Source of the DNA: an uncultured bacterium
Lineage (GTDB): Bacteria; UBA8481
DNA length: 64,000 nucleotides
Direction of reading: 5' to 3'
Assembly (NCBI GenBank): GCA_964637705.1
Contig: CAZWVM010000001.1
Span: 29,985 to 93,984, forward strand
Position 1 is the first letter of the stretch. The number at the start of each line of letters is the position of its first letter. Shown here in pieces: positions 1 through 8,951 of the stretch. The notes below the pieces were generated by a model. It saw only the letters and a program-made list of their open reading frames with translations. It did not search any database and was not told the DNA's origin. A program made the position numbers and the translations under genes.

Positions 1-2688
1 GTCGATCATCGCGAACCGTTCCGAGGTCAGCCCGGGGCGTCCCCGGTACCCACGTGCCACGCCGTCTCCCCCGATGACGAGGTCGCCGGGAAGGCCGACC
101 GGGACCGGCTGCCCGGCGGCATCCAGGACGCGGACGATCGTCCCGCCGATCGGGCGGCCGATCGGGACGACGGGCACCGCCTCCCACGCCGACGGATGCC
201 CTTCGACCTTCATCGTCGTGGACCAGATGGTCGTCTCGGTCGGGCCGTACATGTTCCAGACCTCGCAGCCGGCGCGCAGGAGCTGCGCGACGAGGCGTCC
301 GGAGACGGCCTCTCCACCGACCAGGGCCTTGAAACCCGGGCGCGGTTTCCACCCGGCCATGAAGAGCATCTTCCAGGTGGCGGGCGTGGCCTGCATCACC
401 GTGGCGCCGCTCTCCCGCAGGAGCCCGGCGAGCCGCGCGGGCTCGGTCGCCTCGCGGCGCGTCGCGACCACGGTGCACGCCCCGGTGACGAGCGGGAGGA
501 AGAGCTCGAGGCCGGCGATGTCGAAGGAGACGGTGGTGACGGCGAGGAGCCGATCGTCGGCGCGCAGGCCCGGATCCTCCTGCATCGCGAGCAGGAAGTT
601 CGCGAGGTTGCGCTGCGTCACCTCGACGCCCTTGGGCGTGCCGGTCGATCCCGAGGTATAGATGATGTATGCGACGGCGTCGGGCCGGGCGGGCGGACGC
701 GGAGGCGCGTCGTTCCCGTCCGCGCACGCCTCCTCCAGCGTCATCGTGAGCGGGGCGCCGGGCGGCGCGGCTCCGTCGGCGAGCAGGAGTCGCGCGCCCG
801 CATCGCGGATCATGAAGTCGAGGCGATCGGCGGGAAAACCGGGATCGAGCGGCAGGTACGCGGCGCCGGCCTTCCAGATCCCGAGGAGCGCGGCCACCAT
901 GCGGCCCGTCCGCTCGGTGCAGACCGCCACCGTGTCCCCCGGGACGACGCCGCCCCGGGCCAGCCGCGCGGCCACGCGATCCGCGAGGCGTCCGAGCGCC
1001 CCGTACGTGAGCCGGTCCTGACCGCTCACGACCGCGATCGTGTCCGGGGAACGCTCGATGAGGCGCTCGATCATCTCGAGCGGCATCCGCTCGAGATCGT
1101 ACGCACCGTGCCGCGTCCCCCAGGTCTCGAGAAGCTCTCGGCGTTCACCGGCCGTGACATGCTCAAGCTGCGCGACCGGGCGGCGGGGGTTCGCGATCGC
1201 GTCGCGGATCAACGCGACCAGGTGCGTCCCCATGCGCCGGATGCGGGCGGGCGCGAAGAGATCGGTGCGATACTCGATGGCCGCCGCGATCCCGTCGGAT
1301 CCCTCGTGGAAGTTGAATGTCAGGTCGAATTTCGCGGTCCCCGTGTGCCCGCTCACCGCCTCCACCGCGACGTCCCGGAGCGCGAGACCGGAGGAGGCAG
1401 CCTGCTGGTTCTGCAGGATCACCATGACGTCGAAGAGCGGGGAGCGGCCGAGGTCGCGGTCGAGGGCGAGGTCGGAGACGAGGAGATCGAAGGGGTAGGA
1501 GGCGTGATCGAAGGCCTCGGCCGCGTTCCGCCCGACCGCGGCCAGGAAGTCCTCGAAGGGAAGAGCCCCGGGGATCGCGTCACGCAGGACGAGCGTGTTG
1601 ATGAAGAGACCGATGAGCGGTTCGATATCGACGTGGTCGCGGCCGGCGACGGGGGTTCCCACGAGGATCTCCGCGGCACCGGTGTAGCGATGGAGGAGCG
1701 CCTTGACCGCGGCGGCCAGGCCCATGAAGAGCGTGACACCGGCCTTGCGGCAGAGATCCTTCAGCCCGGCGGTCGTCGCGGCGTCGATCGGGAAGGTCTC
1801 CTCGGCGCCCGCGAAACCCTGCACGGCCGGGCGCGGGAAATCGGACGGAAGATCGAGAGCCGGGAGGGGCGCGGCCAGCCGGGCGGTCCAGTAGCGGCGC
1901 AGGTCGGCGAGACCGGCGGGATCATCGACGAGCCGGTTCCGCCAGGCCGCGTAGTCGCGGTATTGGACGCGAAGTTCCGGGAGGAGCGGCAGGCGGGCCT
2001 CCCGGATCGCGGCGTAGAACTCACCGATCTCCCTCCCGAGGACCGCAATGGAGACGCCGTCGGAGACGGCGTGGTGAAGTGAAACGGCGAGGAGATGGCG
2101 GGCGGGCGCCGCGCGATAGAGCTCGACGCCGAAGAGCGGCCCGCGCGCGAGATCGAAGGCGCGGCCGAGGAAGGCTCGCGCTCGCGCGACCGCCGCGGTC
2201 CCGGGATCGGGCTCACGGGTGAGGTCGAAGAAGGAGAAGAGAAGCTCGATCGACGGCGCCACACGCTGGAACGGCACGCCCTCGACCGACTCGATGACGG
2301 TCCGCAGCGACTCGTGGCGGGCCGCGATGCCCGCGAAGGCGGCGCGCAGGGCGTCGATGTCGAGGGGCCCGTTCAGCCAGTGCAGGAGCGGCACGTTGTA
2401 CGCGGCGGATGCGCCCTCGAGCCGCTCGAGGATCCAGAGTCGGCGCTGGCCCGGCGACGGTTCGTAGCGCGGTGCATCGGGCAGGCGCGGGATCTCCTCG
2501 CCCCCGGCACGCCCCCGCGCCTCGGCCTCGAGCCGGGCCAGGAGTTCCGCCTCGCAGGCCTTGATCCGGCCCTTGCGCTCGTCCGTCATAGCGCCCGCCG
2601 GCGCGCGGAAGCGGATGCGCCCTCCCTCGACCCACAACCGGATGCCCGCGCGCGCCATCTCCCCGAGGAGCTCGTCCACGCGGCTCAT
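1..2688 (-). CDS. NRPS, N-terminal 896 aa (partial; continues past window start). Domains: N-terminal beta-hairpin docking domain (TubC-like), condensation domain, adenylation domain through core A8.
   Basis: ATG at 2688..2686 overlaps the upstream PKS stop (ATGA). Hand translation of the reverse strand: MSRVDELLGEMARAGIRLWVEGGRIRFRAPAGAMTDERKGRIKACEAELLARLEAE (docking), PSPGQRRLWILERLEG (C1), RHESLRT, HHAVSDGVSI (C3), LTYGAL (A1), KAGAAYLPLDP (A2), YIIYTSGSTGTPKG (A3), NMYGPTETT (A5), GDLVIGGDGVARGYRGRPGLTSERF (A7/A8) reaching position 1. Not in ORF track because it has no in-window stop. Confidence 0.85.
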   Translation of the reverse strand, partial: MSRVDELLGEMARAGIRLWVEGGRIRFRAPAGAMTDERKGRIKACEAELLARLEAEARGRAGGEEIPRLPDAPRYEPSPGQRRLWILERLEGASAAYNVPLLHWLNGPLDIDALRAAFAGIAARHESLRTVIESVEGVPFQRVAPSIELLFSFFDLTREPDPGTAAVARARAFLGRAFDLARGPLFGVELYRAAPARHLLAVSLHHAVSDGVSIAVLGREIGEFYAAIREARLPLLPELRVQYRDYAAWRNRLVDDPAGLADLRRYWTARLAAPLPALDLPSDFPRPAVQGFAGAEETFPIDAATTAGLKDLCRKAGVTLFMGLAAAVKALLHRYTGAAEILVGTPVAGRDHVDIEPLIGLFINTLVLRDAIPGALPFEDFLAAVGRNAAEAFDHASYPFDLLVSDLALDRDLGRSPLFDVMVILQNQQAASSGLALRDVAVEAVSGHTGTAKFDLTFNFHEGSDGIAAAIEYRTDLFAPARIRRMGTHLVALIRDAIANPRRPVAQLEHVTAGERRELLETWGTRHGAYDLERMPLEMIERLIERSPDTIAVVSGQDRLTYGALGRLADRVAARLARGGVVPGDTVAVCTERTGRMVAALLGIWKAGAAYLPLDPGFPADRLDFMIRDAGARLLLADGAAPPGAPLTMTLEEACADGNDAPPRPPARPDAVAYIIYTSGSTGTPKGVEVTQRNLANFLLAMQEDPGLRADDRLLAVTTVSFDIAGLELFLPLVTGACTVVATRREATEPARLAGLLRESGATVMQATPATWKMLFMAGWKPRPGFKALVGGEAVSGRLVAQLLRAGCEVWNMYGPTETTIWSTTMKVEGHPSAWEAVPVVPIGRPIGGTIVRVLDAAGQPVPVGLPGDLVIGGDGVARGYRGRPGLTSERFAMID

Positions 2689-5600
2689 ATCGTGCCTTCC
2701 TCCTCGCCATCCGCGGGCGCGAGCAGGGCGTCGATGCGCGCGGCGAGCTTCGCCACGGTGCGGTCTTCGAAGAGGGCGCTGATCGGGAGCTTCACGCCGA
2801 GCGCCTTGCGGAGGCGCGCGACGACCTGAGCCCCCAGGAGCGAATCGCCCTGCAGGGCGAAGAAGTCGTCGTCGTCGCCGATCACGGCGCGGCCGAGAAG
2901 TTCCGACCAGATGCGCGCGACGATCCCCCGGGTGCCCGTCGGAGCGGCGGACGCGAGGACCGGCGTCTCCCCCGGAGCGCCGGCGATCTCCGCGAGGGAC
3001 TGGAGGCGTGAAGAGCCCGGGGCGAGGCTTGCGAGGCAGGCCTCGTGGTCGGAGAAGTCGAGCAGGAGCCGCCCGATATGCCGTCCCTTCGCCATCTCGC
3101 CGAAGGCCGCGGCGGCCGCGGCGGCGGAGAAGACGCGGAACGGGAGCGGCGGGAAATCCCCGGCCTCGATCCGGCCGCGGACCTCCGCCCAGGTCTCGTC
3201 GAAACCCGGCATGTCCGGGCCCACGTCGATCGCGATGAACGAGATCATCTTCGCGAAGCGCGCGAGCGAGATCGAGGTGCCGGCGAGGATGTCGCGCTTG
3301 CCCAATTCGAGGAAGCGGCCGCCCGGCGCGAGAACCGAGAGACCGAGATCGATCATCTCTCCTCCCAGGGAATTGAGCACAACGTCGACGCCCCGGCCGG
3401 CCGTTCGCTCCATCACGTCCCGTGCGAAAGAGCCGGTCCGGGAATCCATGACCGCGTCGATCCCGAGCGACCCCAGGTAATCCCGCTTCTCCCCGGTGCC
3501 GGCCGTGGCCAGGACGCGGGCGCCGACCGCGCGGGCCACGTTCACGGCCGCGAGCCCGACGCCACCGGCGGCCGAGTGGACGAGAACGGTCTCGCCGCGG
3601 CGCAGGTTCCCGCGCCGCACCAGGGCGGTGTAAGCCGTCATGTACGCGGCGGGCATCGTGGCGGCCTCCTCGAGGGAGAGCCCGGCGGGAACCGGAGCGA
3701 CCCGGGAGGCGGGCGCGGTCATGAAGAGGCGGGAAGCGCCGTTGGAGAAGGCCATGACGCGGTCGCCCGGGGCGACGGTCGTGACGCCCGGGCCGACGCG
3801 CGCGACGGTCCCGGCGCACTCGAGGCCGAAGCGCCAGCGGAGACCGGGCACGTCCGGCAACAGGTTGAGGGCGTAGAGGGTCTCGATGAAATTGAGGGCG
3901 ACGTGCTTGACCTCGATCTCGACCTCGCCCGGGCCGGGCTCGGGCCGCGGCGCCGACGCGAGTCCCATCGCATCGAACGAGCCGCGAACGGACAGCTCGA
4001 GCGCCGCGTTCTCCGGTCGCGCCGCGCCGGGAGCGGTCTCCACGCGGCGCAGGGCGTACCCCTCCGCCTCGAGAACCGGGCGGCCGCCATCGTCGGTCAC
4101 GCGGACCGCGTATGTCGCGGACTCGTCACCGGCCGGACCGGTCGCGTGCGCCGCGGCGCGCAGGCGTCCCTCGGCCGTTCCGTGGAAGCGCACGCGCGCG
4201 TAGGAGAACGGCAGGCGCGCGGAGCCGGCGGGGGCCGCGTGGATCGGGAGGAAACCGGTGGCGTTGTCGAGCAGGGCGGGATGCAGCGCGAAGGCGGCGG
4301 CCTCCTCGCGGTACGCCTCCGGCATCGCGAGCATCGCGGTTCCACGCGACCCGTCACCCGTGAAACGAACCTCCTCGATATTCGACCAGCGGGGCCCGAA
4401 TCCTTCCATCCGCGCGTGGAATTCCGGGGGCGCGTCATGGAACGTGCCGTGAGACGCCGCGGAGACGTCATCGGGGCGGGGCTTTTCATCCGCGGATCGC
4501 ATCACCTCGCCGCGGGCATGGAGTCGCCAGGATGCCTCCGCCTTCGGTGTCGATGAACTGGCGACGAAGAAGTCGCAGGACCCGGCGCGCTCCACCAGGA
4601 TCGTCCGCACCTCGCGCTCCTCCCCCGGATCCAGGACCAGCGGCTGGAGGAAGACCGCATCGCGGATCTCGACCGGACCCTCCCCTTTCATCTCGGCGAA
4701 GGCGGCGCGCGCCATCTCGAGATAGGCGGTGCCGACGAGCACGGGACGACCTTCGAGGCGGTGATCGTCGAGGAGACCGAGGTTCCCCGCCGAGAATCGG
4801 GCGCGGAAGTGAACCGCACCGTTCTCCTCGAGCCGCTCGCCCAGGAGCGGATGCGCCACCGGGCGGGCGACGGTGCGGGGAGGAATCGGTTCCGGCGAGA
4901 CGATGACCTCCGGCCCGAGCCGGCGGCGCAGGATCGCGCCGAGCACCTCCACGCCGGCGCCGGACCAGCCGCGCCGCCGGATCTCCCCGGCAATCCGCCT
5001 CTTCTCCTCCGCCGGCATGGCCGCCTGAGCGATCATCCCGAGGTCCTGCCAGAACCCCCACGCGATCGAGACGGCATAGGTTCCGGTCCTGCGCGCGAAG
5101 CGACGCGTCCAGGCGTCGAGCGCGGCGTTCGCGGCAACGTAATCGGCCTGCCCCGCCACCGGGATGCGAGTGGCGAGCGACGAGCAGGAGACGAGGAACT
5201 CGGGCGGGGACGAGGCGAGGGCCTCCTCGAGAGCGCGCGCCCCTCCGAGCTTTGGAGCGAAGACCGCGGCCGAGCCGTCCGTCGTCATGTCCCGGAGAAG
5301 CGCACCGCCGATGATGCCCGCGGTGTGGATCACGCCGACGAGCGGTCCCTGTTCTCGGGCGCGGGCCACGAGGGCGAAGACCGCGTGCGCGTCGGAGATG
5401 TCCACCGTCTCGATCTCGACCGTGGCGCCTCGTCGCCGGATCGCGTCCAGCCTCTCGCGTACCGCGCGGCCCGCCTCCCCTCCCGGAAGCACCGCCCGGT
5501 CGGCGAGAACGATCCGCGCCCGGCAATGACGCGCGATCCACTCGGCGAAGGCCAGTCCCATCGAACCGAGTCCGCCGGTGACGAGATAGACGCCGCCGTC

Positions 5601-8600
5601 GCGCCACGGCTCGAAGGTCGCGGTTCCGTTCCCGATGCGATGCGCATCGGGGAGTCGGCGGCGGCCCGCGCGATACGAGACGACCGGTTCGGTCTCGTCC
5701 GCGTCGAGGATCTCGTCCACGAGGCATCGCAACGTCTCCTCGTCCGCGCGGTCGATGCCGATCATCCGGCACGAGACGGCGGGATACTCGAGGGGCAGGA
5801 CGCGAAGGATTCCCTGGAGCGCGGCCTGCCCGGGCGAATCCTCCATGCGGGGGGCGACCGCCACGAGCCGGCACGGCCGGCTCCCGGCCCGTTCTCCCAG
5901 CGCTCGTGCCAGGCCGGCCAGCCGCCCATGAACGCGCGCGGGATCCGATTCATCCGCGCCCGCGAGGAAGACGAGTCGATCGGGGAGCGGATCGCCGAGA
6001 CAATCCGGCAGCGCGTCCGCGGTGCCGCCGCGCTCAAAGGAAACCCGCGTGACCACGGCGCCGCGCTTCGCGAGCGCGGCCGCCAGCGCGTCGCCGATTC
6101 CCTCCTCGGTCTCGACAACGGCCACGCGCCCGGCCTCCGCGACGGGAACGGGCGGTAATGCCTCGACCCAGGCCGGCTCGTAGAGCCAGGTCGCGACATC
6201 CGGTCCCGGCTCGACCGGCGCCGATACCTCCGGGCGATGCGGAGGTTCGATCCAGAACCGGCGACGCTCGAAGGGCGTCGTCGCCAGCGGCAGGCGGCGA
6301 CGCGACCCCGCCGGCTCCGCCGCCGCGTCGATCTCGACGCCGGCGACCCAGAGTTGGCCGGTCGTCCTGGCGAAGAACGCGGAGTCGTCGATCGGGTCCT
6401 CGGGATGGCGGATCGACGAGAGGACCGTGCAGGCCGATGCGGCGGGGTGGCGGGCGACCGGAGCGGCGAGAGTCCGGCCGGGTCCGATCTCGAGGAACAC
6501 CGCGCCCGGGTGCCGGCGCGCGAGCGCGGCGATCCCGTCGGAGAACCGGACGGGCGCGCGGAGGTGGCGCGCCCAGTAGTCGGGAGATGTCGCTTCCGCG
6601 GGATCCATCGGTGCGCCGGTGACGTTCGAGACGAGGGAGATCTTCGGCGGCGCGAGGGGCAGGCCCGCGACGACCTCGCGGAAGGGGCCCGTGATCGCAT
6701 CCATGAGCGGGGAGTGCGCCGCGCGATCGATCTCCACGGGCCGGCACTCGATCTCGTCCACCTCCGCGCGCTTCCGGAAATCCTCGACGGCCCCGGGATC
6801 GCCCGAGAGGACGCACATCCCGGGCGTCGTCATGACGGCCACCGCGAGATCACGGGAGGCTCCGAGGCGCGCGATCACTTCCTCCTCCGGGAGCGGGACG
6901 GCGAGCATGGCGCCCGGACGGGTCGAGCGGATGAGTCGTCCGCGCTCGGCCATCAGGCGCACTCCCTCTTCGGGCGAGAAGACACCGGCGGCGCAAGCGG
7001 CCGCGTATTCGCCGGCGCTGTGGCCCATCAGGGCCACCGGTCGGACGCCCCGCGATGCCCAGAGGCGAACCAGGGCGACCTGGAGGGCGAAGACCGCGGG
7101 CTGGGTCCACTCGATTCGGTGCACATCGTCGCCCATGATGATCTCGCGGATATCCCGTTTCGCGGTGGCTGACAGCGCCGCCGCGATCCCGTCGAGCGCC
7201 TCGCGGAAGACGGGTTCGTTCTCGTAGAGGCCGCGGCCCATGCCGGGATACTGCCCGCCGTGCCCGGAAAAGAGAAAGACAACCGGCGGCGTCGCAGACG
7301 CGGGCGGCACAGACGCGGGCGTCCCAGACGCAGGCGTCCCAGGCGCGGGCGGCACAGACGCAGGCGTCGTGTTCGACACGACGTGCTCCGCGTCGCGACA
7401 TCGAAGGTGGCGCGCGGCCTCGGCCGCGTCGCGCGCCACGACGACGCGACGGAACGGGAACCGGGCGCGGCCGGTTTGGAGCGTCCAGGCGGCATCCGCG
7501 AGCACGGACGGGTTCCCGTCGAGGCCGTCCAGCGACGCCGCCAGCCGGCCGGTCAGCGACTCCAGCGAGGAGGCCGATCGCGCCGAGATCGGAAGCCATT
7601 GCCACGGCTCCCGGGCGACTCCGGCCGCGGCGGACACGGATCCGCCGTGCGTCCCGCCCGCGTACTCCTCCAGCACCGCGTGCGCATTCGTGCCGCCCAG
7701 TCCGAACGAAGAGACTCCGGCCCGACGCGGAATCCCCCCCGTTTCCCACGGCACCGCCTTCGCCGCGACATGGAACGGGCTCGTCCCGAAGGCGCATTCC
7801 GGGTTGGGTGAGCGGAAGTGGAGCGTGGGGAAGACGCGGCGGTTCTCGAGCATGAGAACGGTCTTGATGAAGCCGGCCACGCCCGCCGCCTCGTCGAGGT
7901 GACCGAAGTTGGACTTCACCGACCCGATGGCGCAGTAACCGGTGCGGGTCGTCTTCTCCCGGAAGACGCGCGCCAGGGCGGCCAGCTCGATCGGATCGCC
8001 GACCCGCGTGCCGGTGCCGTGCGCCTCGACGTACGTGATCGTCGCCGGATCGACCTCGGCCGCGGCCAGGGCCAGCGCAATGGCATCGGCCTGGCCGTCC
8101 ACGCCCGGCGCGGTGAAGCCGATCTTGGCGTTCCCGTCGTTGTTGATCGCGCTGCCGCGCACGACGGCGCGAATCCGGTCGCCGTCGGCGACGGCCTCGT
8201 CGAGGCGCTTGAGGAGGACGACGCCGGCCCCGTTGCCGCTGATCGTCCCCTCCGCCGCCGCGTCGAAGGGACGGCAGTGCCCGTCGGGCGAAAGGATGCC
8301 GTCCGCGGCATAGAGGTAACCCTGGTCCTGCGGCAGCTGCACCGCGACGCCGCCGGCGAGCGCCATGTCGCACTCGTAGTTGAGCAGCGACTGGCAGGCC
8401 AGGTGGACGGCGACGAGCGAGGAGGAGCAGGCGCAGTTGACGTTGACGCTCGGCCCGCGCAGCCCGAGCTTGTACGAGACGCGGGTCGGGACGAAATGGT
8501 TGTTGTTGGCCATGAGCACCTGGAGCGGCGCGACGAACTCGAGGGCCCGCGGATTGCCGTGGAGGTGGTGGAGCAGGTACGTCGAGAGGTTGGCGGCGGC

Positions 8601-8951
8601 GAAGACGCCGATCTTCCGCCGGCACCGGGCCGGATCGATGCCGGCCGACTCGAGGCAGGTCCATGCCTCCTCGAGGAAGACGCGGTGCTGGGGGTCCATG
8701 ATCTCGGCCTCGCGCGGCGGGATCCCGAAGAAGTCCGCATCGAAATCCTCGATGCCCTCGAGCGCCGCGCAGGCCGGGACGTAGGCGGGATCGCGGCGGA
8801 CGGATTCCGGCACCCCGGCCGCGGCCAGTTCCTCGTCGGTGAAGGTGCGGATCGCCTCGCGCCCCTCCTCGAGGAGCCGCCGGTAGGCCTCGACGTCCGG
8901 CGCACCGGGGAAACGGCAGGCCATGCCGATGACCGCGATGAAATGGTTCAT
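2685..8951 (-). CDS. Type I PKS module, 2088 aa: KS-AT-KR(psiKR+KRc)-DH-ER-ACP
   Basis: ORF track 2685..8951. KS: GMACRFPG...CSSSLV...HGTGT. AT: GHSAGEYAAACAAGV with AAHS motif. KR: YLVTGGLGSMG...SSLATRIPVAGQADYVAANAALDAW. DH: HPLLGERLE...LDDHRLEGRPVLVGTAYLEMA. ER: VLVHSAAGGVGLAAVNVARAVGARV. ACP: ALQGDSLLGAQVV. Approximate domain coordinates: KR ~5050-6240, DH ~4030-4860, ER ~3010-3945, ACP ~2725-2955. Confidence 0.9.
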   Translation of the reverse strand: MNHFIAVIGMACRFPGAPDVEAYRRLLEEGREAIRTFTDEELAAAGVPESVRRDPAYVPACAALEGIEDFDADFFGIPPREAEIMDPQHRVFLEEAWTCLESAGIDPARCRRKIGVFAAANLSTYLLHHLHGNPRALEFVAPLQVLMANNNHFVPTRVSYKLGLRGPSVNVNCACSSSLVAVHLACQSLLNYECDMALAGGVAVQLPQDQGYLYAADGILSPDGHCRPFDAAAEGTISGNGAGVVLLKRLDEAVADGDRIRAVVRGSAINNDGNAKIGFTAPGVDGQADAIALALAAAEVDPATITYVEAHGTGTRVGDPIELAALARVFREKTTRTGYCAIGSVKSNFGHLDEAAGVAGFIKTVLMLENRRVFPTLHFRSPNPECAFGTSPFHVAAKAVPWETGGIPRRAGVSSFGLGGTNAHAVLEEYAGGTHGGSVSAAAGVAREPWQWLPISARSASSLESLTGRLAASLDGLDGNPSVLADAAWTLQTGRARFPFRRVVVARDAAEAARHLRCRDAEHVVSNTTPASVPPAPGTPASGTPASVPPASATPPVVFLFSGHGGQYPGMGRGLYENEPVFREALDGIAAALSATAKRDIREIIMGDDVHRIEWTQPAVFALQVALVRLWASRGVRPVALMGHSAGEYAAACAAGVFSPEEGVRLMAERGRLIRSTRPGAMLAVPLPEEEVIARLGASRDLAVAVMTTPGMCVLSGDPGAVEDFRKRAEVDEIECRPVEIDRAAHSPLMDAITGPFREVVAGLPLAPPKISLVSNVTGAPMDPAEATSPDYWARHLRAPVRFSDGIAALARRHPGAVFLEIGPGRTLAAPVARHPAASACTVLSSIRHPEDPIDDSAFFARTTGQLWVAGVEIDAAAEPAGSRRRLPLATTPFERRRFWIEPPHRPEVSAPVEPGPDVATWLYEPAWVEALPPVPVAEAGRVAVVETEEGIGDALAAALAKRGAVVTRVSFERGGTADALPDCLGDPLPDRLVFLAGADESDPARVHGRLAGLARALGERAGSRPCRLVAVAPRMEDSPGQAALQGILRVLPLEYPAVSCRMIGIDRADEETLRCLVDEILDADETEPVVSYRAGRRRLPDAHRIGNGTATFEPWRDGGVYLVTGGLGSMGLAFAEWIARHCRARIVLADRAVLPGGEAGRAVRERLDAIRRRGATVEIETVDISDAHAVFALVARAREQGPLVGVIHTAGIIGGALLRDMTTDGSAAVFAPKLGGARALEEALASSPPEFLVSCSSLATRIPVAGQADYVAANAALDAWTRRFARRTGTYAVSIAWGFWQDLGMIAQAAMPAEEKRRIAGEIRRRGWSGAGVEVLGAILRRRLGPEVIVSPEPIPPRTVARPVAHPLLGERLEENGAVHFRARFSAGNLGLLDDHRLEGRPVLVGTAYLEMARAAFAEMKGEGPVEIRDAVFLQPLVLDPGEEREVRTILVERAGSCDFFVASSSTPKAEASWRLHARGEVMRSADEKPRPDDVSAASHGTFHDAPPEFHARMEGFGPRWSNIEEVRFTGDGSRGTAMLAMPEAYREEAAAFALHPALLDNATGFLPIHAAPAGSARLPFSYARVRFHGTAEGRLRAAAHATGPAGDESATYAVRVTDDGGRPVLEAEGYALRRVETAPGAARPENAALELSVRGSFDAMGLASAPRPEPGPGEVEIEVKHVALNFIETLYALNLLPDVPGLRWRFGLECAGTVARVGPGVTTVAPGDRVMAFSNGASRLFMTAPASRVAPVPAGLSLEEAATMPAAYMTAYTALVRRGNLRRGETVLVHSAAGGVGLAAVNVARAVGARVLATAGTGEKRDYLGSLGIDAVMDSRTGSFARDVMERTAGRGVDVVLNSLGGEMIDLGLSVLAPGGRFLELGKRDILAGTSISLARFAKMISFIAIDVGPDMPGFDETWAEVRGRIEAGDFPPLPFRVFSAAAAAAAFGEMAKGRHIGRLLLDFSDHEACLASLAPGSSRLQSLAEIAGAPGETPVLASAAPTGTRGIVARIWSELLGRAVIGDDDDFFALQGDSLLGAQVVARLRKALGVKLPISALFEDRTVAKLAARIDALLAPADGEEEGTI
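7283..7375 (-). repeat. Degenerate ~15-18-bp tandem repeats (CAGACGCRGGCGKC) encoding a Pro/Ala/Ser/Thr linker (PASVPPAPGTPASGTPASVPPASATPP) between KS and AT
   Basis: Seen directly; low-complexity interdomain linker. Confidence 0.7.

Noticed and set aside
590-725. Apparent compensating frameshifts around the A3 core of the leftmost NRPS
   Set aside because: They arose from my own off-by-one mis-transcription at line breaks. Anchoring on the ORF-track peptides (plus ORFs 74..661 and 662..1021) shows the minus-strand frame is continuous from 2688 to 1. No pseudogene call.
196-2082. 628-aa plus-strand ORF (and 74..661, 662..1021, 1040..1498) over the left end
   Set aside because: Antisense shadow frames of the NRPS gene on the minus strand. 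They are Arg/Gly/Asp/Glu-rich with no motifs, as expected for open antisense frames in 70% GC DNA. The real gene is 1..2688 (-).
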